Shown here: in pieces, positions 57,071 to 64,000 of the stretch | How the letters are laid out: every line of letters starts with the position of its first letter | Position numbering within the stretch: position 1 is the stretch's first letter | Origin: Candidatus Spongiisociaceae bacterium | Lineage (GTDB): Bacteria; Actinomycetota; Acidimicrobiia; Spongiisociales; Spongiisociaceae | Length of the DNA stretch: 64,000 nucleotides | Direction: 5' to 3' | NCBI GenBank assembly: GCA_965202665.1 | Contig: OZ241841.1 | Location: 1,792,001 to 1,856,000 of the forward strand | Program-made: the position numbers and the translations under genes | The notes under the pieces: generated by a model | Seen by the model: only the letters and a program-made list of their open reading frames with translations | Databases searched by the model: none | Told to the model about the DNA's origin: nothing

Positions 57071-58908
57071 ACCCCCACCCTTTGATGCTTCTTCTCCGCC
57101 TCCCAGGCGGCCCGGGCCACTAGCACGTCGGCCCGGTCGCTCACTTCGGGTATCCCCACCTCCCACCAAGCCCCGCCCTCCGTCCAGGAGTACTGGTGGA
57201 TGTCCATCACGATGGCGTAGCTGCGGTCGGAGGCTTTGGCCCGCCGCCAGGCGCCTGGCAGGTCCTCCAGCCGTTCCACCTTCTCCGCCGCCGCCCCCAG
57301 GGAGGCGGCGTGGGCGGCGAAATCCACGCGGCGGTAATCGGTGTGGCGGGTGGTGCGCAACAGGTTGTTGAACTCCGCCCCGCCGGTGTTGACCTGCAAC
57401 CGGTTTATCACCGCGAAGCCCTCGTTGTCCATCACCATGAAAATCACTTTGTGCCCGGTCATCACCGTGGACAAGATGTCGGTGTTCATCAGCAGGTAGG
57501 AGCCGTCCCCCACCCAGGCGATGACATCCCCCTCCCGGGCCATCGCCGCCCCCCAGGCCCCTCCGATTTCGTAGCCCATCGTGGAATAGCCGTATTCCGA
57601 GTCGAAGCTCCCCACCGATTTGCAGCGCCATCCCATGGACAGCTCCCCGGGCAGGCCCCCCGCCGCCGACAGGCAGTAGTCGTCGTCGTCGCACAGTTCG
57701 TTGATAACCTGGATCACCTGGGCGTAGGCCGGTTTGCCCTCCACCGGACGGGTTTTCCACGAATCCAGGTACTCGTGCCAGTTTTTGATGTGGGACTGGG
57801 CGGAGGCCAGCCACTCTCGGGGGGCCCGGTAATCTTCCAGCAGCCGGTCGATGTCCCGCAACGAAGTCCGGGCGTCGCCGATCACCGGAACCGCCATCTG
57901 TTTGTGGGCGTCCCAGCGGGCGGTGTTTACGGAAACGAACCGCACCTTGGGGTTTTTGAACACCGACCAGGAACCGGTGGTGAAATCCTGCAGGCGGGTT
58001 CCCACCCCCAGCACCAAGTCGGCGTCTTCGGCCACCGCGTTGGCGGCCGCGGAACCGGTTACCCCGATGGGCCCGGCGTAGTTGGGATGATCGTGCGTCA
58101 AGGTCCCTTTGCCGGCTACGGTTTCCACCACCGGAACCCCCCGCCGCTGGGCGAAGTCGGTCAGGGTTTCCACCGCCCCCGAATAGTGGACTCCGCCCCC
58201 GGCGATGATCAAAGGCCGGGAGGAGGCGGCCAGCAAACCGGCGGCCCGTTCCGCGTCGCGGGGGTCCGCCCCCGGGCGGCGGATGTAATGGGTGCGGGGT
58301 TCGAAGAAAGCGACCGGATAGCCGTAGGCTTCAGCTTGAATGTCCTGGGGGAGGGCCAAAAAGGCCGGTCCGCGGCTGGCCGGATCCAGCATCACCGCCA
58401 AAGCCTGGGGCAACGATTGGATGATCTGCTCCGGGCGGGTGATGCGGTCCCAGAACCGGCTCACCGGTTTGAAAACGTCGCATACGGTGACGGTCGGGTC
58501 GGAGAACACCTCCACCTGTTGCAACACCGGGTCCACGATGCGGTGCTGATAGGTGTCGCCCGACAAAATCAGCAGCGGTAGCCGGTCGGCGTGGGCCACC
58601 GCGGCCGCGGTGACCATGTTGGTGCAACCGGGGCCGATGGAGGAGGTGGCGATCATTATCCGCCGCGCCCGCATGGCTTTGGCGTAGGCCACCGCCGCTA
58701 AAGCCATGGACTGTTCGTTGTGGCCCCGCCAAGTGGGGAGGCGGTCCTGCACCGGCTCCAGCGCCTCGGCCAGGCAGGTTACGTTGCCGTGGCCGAAGAT
58801 GCCGAACGCCCCGGCGAACACCGGAACCCGCTCCCCGTCGATCTCGGTGTACTGGTTGATGAGCCATTTGACCATGGCCTGAGCGGCGGTGAGCCTGACA
58901 GTTTCCAC
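57067..58908 (-). CDS. iolD: 3D-(3,5/4)-trihydroxycyclohexane-1,2-dione acylhydrolase
   Basis: RLT.AQA, IFGHGNV, NEQ.MA, TSSIGPG.TN, PVLQQ.E, EYGYS.MGYE, GDGSY. Confidence 0.95.
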   Translation of the reverse strand: METVRLTAAQAMVKWLINQYTEIDGERVPVFAGAFGIFGHGNVTCLAEALEPVQDRLPTWRGHNEQSMALAAVAYAKAMRARRIMIATSSIGPGCTNMVTAAAVAHADRLPLLILSGDTYQHRIVDPVLQQVEVFSDPTVTVCDVFKPVSRFWDRITRPEQIIQSLPQALAVMLDPASRGPAFLALPQDIQAEAYGYPVAFFEPRTHYIRRPGADPRDAERAAGLLAASSRPLIIAGGGVHYSGAVETLTDFAQRRGVPVVETVAGKGTLTHDHPNYAGPIGVTGSAAANAVAEDADLVLGVGTRLQDFTTGSWSVFKNPKVRFVSVNTARWDAHKQMAVPVIGDARTSLRDIDRLLEDYRAPREWLASAQSHIKNWHEYLDSWKTRPVEGKPAYAQVIQVINELCDDDDYCLSAAGGLPGELSMGWRCKSVGSFDSEYGYSTMGYEIGGAWGAAMAREGDVIAWVGDGSYLLMNTDILSTVMTGHKVIFMVMDNEGFAVINRLQVNTGGAEFNNLLRTTRHTDYRRVDFAAHAASLGAAAEKVERLEDLPGAWRRAKASDRSYAIVMDIHQYSWTEGGAWWEVGIPEVSDRADVLVARAAWEAEKKHQRVGV

Positions 58909-58934
58909 TTGCCTCCTCCTTATCTATTGCGCAA

Positions 58935-60110
58935 CTAATCTATCCGCAGCGATTCTACGCTTTCCCATCGTTCGCTGTTCCAGGAACGTTTCATGGCCGC
59001 GGCTACGGAGCCGTTGGCCAAGGCGTCGTCGAATCCGGGGCGGTGCGGCTTTTGGGAGGCTACCGAGAGGAGAAACTCGTACGCCTCGAAGATTTTCATG
59101 TCTTCGAAGCCGACCGAGTTGCCCCCGCCGGGCACGATGTTCGCCTGACGGTAGAAGTCGCCGCCCGCCAACACCTCGATGAAGCCGTCGTCGGGCTGTT
59201 CCTCCGGCAGGTAGAGGCGCAACTGGTTGAGTTTTTCGTGATCCCAGTAGGCGGCCCCCCGGGAGCCGTTCAGTTCGAAGGCCATCTGGCTTTGCGGGCC
59301 GAAAATGGAGCGGTCCGCCTCCAAGGTCCCCCGGGCCCCGCAGGCGAACTCCACCAGCGCCCCCACGTAGTCTTCGTTGGTCACTTTCCCGGTCGGATCC
59401 CCGGGCGACCCCCGGGCGTAATGGGAGGCCCCCGGCTGGGGGAGGGGGCGTTCTTTGACGAACACTTCTTTGGCGGCCACCACCCGCGTGATGGGCCCGT
59501 ACAGGAACTGGGCCATGTCGATGGCGTGCGTCATGATGTCGCTCAGCGCCCCGCATCCCGCCTTCTCCTGCAGGAAGCGCCAGGTGAGCAGGCCCAGCCG
59601 ATCCCGCCCGTACATGGTGAAAAAGCGCCCCCGGTAGTGGGTGGGCCGGCCGATCCGCCCCTCTTCTATGAGCTGTTTGACGTATTGCACCATCGGAGCC
59701 CACCGATAGTTGTATCCGCAACCGGTGATTACGCCCGCCCGGCGGGCGGCCGCCTCCATGCGGGCGGTGGCCTCCGGGGCGATGCCCACCGGTTTCTCGC
59801 AGAAAATGTGCTTGCCGGCCGCGGCGGCCGCTTCTCCGATTTCCTGATGGAGGGTGTTGGGGGCGGTGATGTCGATGACGTCGATGTCGGGGCGCCCCAC
59901 CACTTCCCGCCAGTCGTCGGTCCCGGATTGGTAGCCGAAGTCGGCCATGGCCCGTTCTATGCGGTCCCGGTGCGGTTCGGCCACCGCCGCCAGAACGGGC
60001 CGCACCGGGGCGTCGGGGAAATACATGGGAATGGAGCGGTAGGAGCGGGAGTGGGACTGTCCCATCCATCCGAACCCGATCAGCCCGATGCGGAGCGGTT
60101 TTTTTGTCAT
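58935..60110 (-). CDS. Gfo/Idh/MocA-family oxidoreductase (inositol dehydrogenase-like)
   Basis: IGFGWMG..H, GKH.FCEKP, GYNYR..P, GAL.D...H.ID; located in the iol cluster. Confidence 0.88.
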   Translation of the reverse strand: MTKKPLRIGLIGFGWMGQSHSRSYRSIPMYFPDAPVRPVLAAVAEPHRDRIERAMADFGYQSGTDDWREVVGRPDIDVIDITAPNTLHQEIGEAAAAAGKHIFCEKPVGIAPEATARMEAAARRAGVITGCGYNYRWAPMVQYVKQLIEEGRIGRPTHYRGRFFTMYGRDRLGLLTWRFLQEKAGCGALSDIMTHAIDMAQFLYGPITRVVAAKEVFVKERPLPQPGASHYARGSPGDPTGKVTNEDYVGALVEFACGARGTLEADRSIFGPQSQMAFELNGSRGAAYWDHEKLNQLRLYLPEEQPDDGFIEVLAGGDFYRQANIVPGGGNSVGFEDMKIFEAYEFLLSVASQKPHRPGFDDALANGSVAAAMKRSWNSERWESVESLRID

Positions 60111-61102
60111 CCCCTTTCCTCCCGGCGCATTTTCTCCCAGCGGGAGCGAATCTTCCCCCAGGATTCGCCGTTGACCAGGTTGGGGGGGCGTTCGCCGTCC
60201 AAGGCCAGCAAAACCTGTCGCAAGGCGATTTCAAAAATTCGCCTGCGCCCCTCGGTGGTGCTGGAGGCGATGTGGGGGGTGACTATCACGTTGGGCCGGT
60301 GCAGGAGCGGATGGCCGGGGGGGAGGGGTTCGGGGTCGGTTACGTCCAATCCGGCTCCAAACAGGCGGCCCCCGTCCAGGGCGTCCAACAGGGCTTCTTG
60401 GTCCACCAGCGACCCGCGGGCGGTGTTGACGAAAACCGCCCCCGGTTTCATCAGGCCGAAGGCGCGGGCGTCGAACAGGCGAAGGTTGCCGGGGGAGCCG
60501 GGGATGTGCGCCGAGATCACATCGCCGGTGGTCAGCGCCTCGTCCAGGTCCGCGGCCCGGCGGACCGGGGTGGGGAACTGGCGGTCGTCCAAGAAAGGGT
60601 CGTAGGCGACGGTTTGCATGCCCAGTCCCGCTCCGGCCTGCGCCACCCGCCGGGCGATCCGCCCGAACCCGACCAGGCCCAAGGTTTTGCCGTCCAGTTC
60701 CATCGCCTGGTGCTTCTGGTAGTAGTCGCCGCATTCGTTGCGCAGGCGGTTGCCGGACTGCACGATCCGCTTGGAGGCGGCTAAAATCAGGGCCACCGTA
60801 TGTTCGGCGGTGGAGACGGTGGGGCCCTCCGGGGCGTTGCACACCGCGATTCCCCGGCGGGCGGCGGCTTCCACATCCACCGTGTCGTAACCGATTCCGG
60901 TTCTGCATATCACCAGCAACTCCGGGGCTTGGTCGAACTGCTCTTCGCCGTAGCGGTGGGAGCCCGCCAGCACCGCCTGTGCCTCCGCCAGTCCCGCATA
61001 AGGATCGTTTTCCCGGCCCGGACTCAAAACTTTCACTTCCGGCGGCGCCAGCGGTAAAAGGTCGGCGGAGGGCGATCGTTCAAACCAAATCCGGTATTCC
61101 AC
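60107..61102 (-). CDS. D-2-hydroxyacid / phosphoglycerate dehydrogenase-family protein
   Basis: RTGIGYD.VD, AEH, GLVGFGRI, VNTARG, GLDV...EP, TPHIA. Confidence 0.9.
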   Translation of the reverse strand: MEYRIWFERSPSADLLPLAPPEVKVLSPGRENDPYAGLAEAQAVLAGSHRYGEEQFDQAPELLVICRTGIGYDTVDVEAAARRGIAVCNAPEGPTVSTAEHTVALILAASKRIVQSGNRLRNECGDYYQKHQAMELDGKTLGLVGFGRIARRVAQAGAGLGMQTVAYDPFLDDRQFPTPVRRAADLDEALTTGDVISAHIPGSPGNLRLFDARAFGLMKPGAVFVNTARGSLVDQEALLDALDGGRLFGAGLDVTDPEPLPPGHPLLHRPNVIVTPHIASSTTEGRRRIFEIALRQVLLALDGERPPNLVNGESWGKIRSRWEKMRREERG

Positions 61103-61124
61103 GCCGCCTTCTTTCCTAGCGGGG

Positions 61125-61967
61125 TTACGGGACGGTTATCCGTTCGTATATTTCCGGGCGGCGGTCGCGGTAGAACGACCAGTGATGCCGCACCTCTTCG
61201 ATCAGGCTCATGTCCAGATCCCGTATCACCACTTCGTCTGCGGAGTCGGAGGCGGGGCCGCCCAGGATTTCCCCCCGGGGGGTGGCGAAATAGGAGCTGC
61301 CGTAGTAGTCGGCGCCGTCCAGGTCTTCCCGCCCCACCCGGTTGATGGCCCCCACGAAATACTCGTTGGCCACCGCCGCCGCCGGTTGCTCCAACTCCCA
61401 CAGGTATTTGGAGTGGCCGCGGGTGGTGGCGGACGGGTTGAACACGATCCGCGCTCCGGCCAAGCCCAGTTCCCTCCACCCTTCGGGGAAGTGGCGGTCG
61501 TAGCAGATGTAAACGCCGATTGTTCCCACCGCCGTGTCGAACACCGGGTAGCCCAGGTTGCCGGGCCGGAAATAGAATTTCTCCCAGAATCCCAGCACCT
61601 GCGGGATGTGGGTTTTGCGGTATTTGCCCAGGTAGGTTCCGTCGGCGTCGATCACCGCCGCCGTGTTGTAGTAGTGGCCGATGCCTTCCTGTTCGAAGAC
61701 GGGAACCACTATCACCATTCCGGTCGCTTCGGCCAGTTCCGCCATTTTGGAGACGGTGGGACCGTCGGGAACGGACTCGGCGTAGGCGAAGTTGGAGTTT
61801 TCTTGAACGTTGCAGAAGTAGGGGCCGTTGAAAATTTCCTGGAAGCACAGCGCCTCCGCGCCCTGCTCGGCGGCCTGCCGGGCGTAGCCAATGTTTTTGG
61901 CCACCATGGATTCTTTGTCGCCGGTCCACTCGCTTTGGACGAGGGCGGCGCGCACGATGTTGTTCAT
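61125..61967 (-). CDS. Nitrilase-superfamily hydrolase (beta-ureidopropionase-like)
   Basis: FQE.F.GPYFC, YRK.HIP, FWEKFYF.PG, ICYDRHFPEGWR, INRVG; alternative start 62030. Confidence 0.88.
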   Translation of the reverse strand: MNNIVRAALVQSEWTGDKESMVAKNIGYARQAAEQGAEALCFQEIFNGPYFCNVQENSNFAYAESVPDGPTVSKMAELAEATGMVIVVPVFEQEGIGHYYNTAAVIDADGTYLGKYRKTHIPQVLGFWEKFYFRPGNLGYPVFDTAVGTIGVYICYDRHFPEGWRELGLAGARIVFNPSATTRGHSKYLWELEQPAAAVANEYFVGAINRVGREDLDGADYYGSSYFATPRGEILGGPASDSADEVVIRDLDMSLIEEVRHHWSFYRDRRPEIYERITVP

Positions 61968-62225
61968 TCGGCTCTCCCGTCCCGGGGCGGGCGGAACCGA
62001 GGATTGCCTGTCGCCCGCGGCGTTGTCCATAGGGTTCTCCTGTTCTTTGCGTATTCGCCGGTTGCCGGGCCCGGCCGGCCCGGCGACTCCGAATATTAGC
62101 CGAACCGCCCGCCCGCCTTCTCCGTCCGCCCGTCGCGTCGGCGGGTCCGGCGCCTGTTGCGCTCGGGACGGGCGGCGGGAGGCGGGGCGGCGGGGCGGTG
62201 ATGGTTTCGCCCCCGCCGGTTGTTT

Positions 62226-62582
62226 TTACGCTCCGATGAGGCGGGCGGCGGCGGAATGGCGGTGGGTGAACAGCAGGTGGGTTTCGTCGCGGCGCACCCA
62301 CAGGCCGTCGGCGGCCCGCCACCAGCGGCCGACGGGTAGGACGCGCAGTGAGATTCGGGCTTCAGGGCGGGGGGCTGAGTAGACCAGCGCTTCCCGGCCG
62401 GGGGCTCCCGCGGCGGGCAGGACCGCCGTCAGGCGGAACTGCCCGAACAGTTCGGCGAGGGCCGCCAACGGGGACATCGTCCCCCGCCGGTCGCGGAACC
62501 GCAGTTCGGAGCAGGAGCCGCAGGCGACGACCCGCACGCCGTTATGTTCGGCCCGGTCGGGATGGGGATGCCGGCATTCCAT
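62226..62582 (-). CDS. Hypothetical protein with N-terminal C.H...C..C motif
   Basis: Fits the intergenic space; GATAAT 6 nt before the ATG (leaderless-like). Confidence 0.45.
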   Translation of the reverse strand: MECRHPHPDRAEHNGVRVVACGSCSELRFRDRRGTMSPLAALAELFGQFRLTAVLPAAGAPGREALVYSAPRPEARISLRVLPVGRWWRAADGLWVRRDETHLLFTHRHSAAARLIGA

Positions 62583-62636
62583 ACGGCCATTATCACCGCC
62601 CGGTGCGACATTTTCGGTTTGCCCGGCCGCGGGCGG

Positions 62637-64000
62637 TCAGCGGGGACCGTCCCCCTCTTGCCGGTGGGCGGCGATTTCCGCTAGGAACGGTTCGGCGAAG
62701 TCCCGCAGTTTGGCGGCCCCGACGCCGGGGATGTCGGCGAATTGGGCGGGGGTGGCCGGGCGGCGGGCGGCCATTTCGGTCAAGGTTCGGTCGTGGAAGA
62801 CGACGAAAGCGGGCACTCCCCGCTCCCGGGCGATGGACAGGCGCAACCGCTTCAACCGGTCGAACAGGTCCCCGTCTCCTTCGGCCAACACCGCCCGTTC
62901 CGGGGCCGGGTCGCGCTTCCGGGCGGCGGTCCGGGCGGGTTTTTCGGGCGGGCGGCGGAAGCGGAACCCCAGATCCCCCCGCAACAGGCCGCCCCCCTGG
63001 GGGGTGATGCGCAGGCCGCCGTAGTCGTAGTCGATGTCCAGAAAACCGCCCGCCACCATCTGGTGGATGATGGAGCGCCACTGCCATTTGCTGAACTCCT
63101 TGCCCGTTCCGTAGGAGGGCAGGCGGTCATGTTGGAACTGACGGACTTTGGCGGTTTCCACCCCGGTCAGCACATCCACGATATGCCCCTGCCCGAACCT
63201 TTGGCGGGTGGCCATCACCGCCTGCAACACCCGCTCCGCCGCCTGCCGGCCGTCCTCCACCTGCGGCGGGTTTTCGCACAGGTCGCAGTTCCCGCACGGC
63301 TCCGCTTTCTCCCCGAAGTAGCCGAGCAGCACCTGCCTCCGGCACTGCACCGACTCGCAAAATCCGATTAGCGCATTAAGCCGCTGATGCTCCCGCCGCC
63401 GGTGCTGTTCGTTGTCCTCCCCGTCTTGGTCGATCATGCGGCGGCGGGCGGGGATGTCGCCCAGCCGGTAAAGCATGAGGGCTTCGGCCGGTTCGCCGTC
63501 CCGACCCGCCCGCCCCAGTTCCTGGTAATAGGATTCCACGCTGCCGGGCAGGGAAGCGTGCAGCACGTAGCGAATGTCGGGCTTGTCGATTCCCATTCCG
63601 AAGGCGATGGTGGCCGCCATGACCATCCCGGGGCGGGTCATGAACTCATCCTGCACTTCGGTTCGTTCGCCGGTGGGCATACCGGCGTGGTAGGCGGCGG
63701 CGTTTATTCCCGTTTTCCGCAACTGTTCGGCGGTCTGTTCGGTGTCTTTGCGGGACAGGCAGTAGACGATGCCGCTCTGCCCGGCCCGGGCCCCCGCGTA
63801 TTCCGCGATCCGTTTGCGGCCTGCGGTTTCCTCCACCGCCAGGTGGATGTTGGGCCGGTCGAACCCGTAGACGAACACCCGGCATCGGTCGTTGAACAGT
63901 TTGTCGGCGATGTCGCGGCGGGTGGTTTCGTCGGCGGTGGCGGTGAAAGCCCCGATGGCCGCCCCCGGCAAGAGCCGGGACAGGTCGGCCAGGGCTTCGT
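62637..64000 (-). CDS. recQ: ATP-dependent DNA helicase RecQ (5' part outside the window)
   Basis: TATAD, FDRPNI, GIVYC.SR, ATIAFGMGIDKPD.R, YYQE.GRAGRDG, CRR..LL.YFGE....CGNCD.C, RQC and HRDC domains. Confidence 0.95.
   Translation of the reverse strand, partial: EALADLSRLLPGAAIGAFTATADETTRRDIADKLFNDRCRVFVYGFDRPNIHLAVEETAGRKRIAEYAGARAGQSGIVYCLSRKDTEQTAEQLRKTGINAAAYHAGMPTGERTEVQDEFMTRPGMVMAATIAFGMGIDKPDIRYVLHASLPGSVESYYQELGRAGRDGEPAEALMLYRLGDIPARRRMIDQDGEDNEQHRRREHQRLNALIGFCESVQCRRQVLLGYFGEKAEPCGNCDLCENPPQVEDGRQAAERVLQAVMATRQRFGQGHIVDVLTGVETAKVRQFQHDRLPSYGTGKEFSKWQWRSIIHQMVAGGFLDIDYDYGGLRITPQGGGLLRGDLGFRFRRPPEKPARTAARKRDPAPERAVLAEGDGDLFDRLKRLRLSIARERGVPAFVVFHDRTLTEMAARRPATPAQFADIPGVGAAKLRDFAEPFLAEIAAHRQEGDGPR

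Overview
High-GC actinobacterial chromosome segment. Kgd, RegX3/SenX3, GlnII, Streptomyces-type PHO boxes and Thr-rich secreted proteins suggest Acidimicrobiia (inference). The backbone is housekeeping: Fe-S biogenesis (Mrp, IscA/ErpA, NfuA), RidA + ALDH7, glnII, nhaA, an ABC exporter, pstSCAB-phoU-regX3-senX3, malic enzyme, polX, kgd, a sigma-70 factor, cysteine synthase/CBS, iolBD and a partial recQ. Small integrase-free accessory islets interrupt it (about 1.6-7.4, 14.0-16.2, 17.2-18.0, 35.6-36.7, 40.0-41.7 and 51.7-52.8 kb). Main observations: (1) a fused restriction-modification gene held out of frame by a C16 tract (likely phase-variable); (2) a SAM-I riboswitch followed by a Met/Cys-containing 34-codon leader ORF upstream of an OsmC + flavoprotein pair; (3) a stand-alone ~250-nt structured transcript with its own promoter and terminator, a 14-codon sORF and SD-occluding alternative pairings; (4) two nucleotidyltransferase TA-like loci with atypical partners; (5) a lipoprotein with Cys-paired ABAB repeats, an upstream G-quadruplex motif and a module shared with a second gene; (6) apparent ATT/ATC start codons for ridA and pstC; (7) a strand-asymmetric codon gradient around the islets. 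No rRNA, tRNA, CRISPR array, transposase or integrase was recognised. All family calls are by-eye motif recognition, not database searches.
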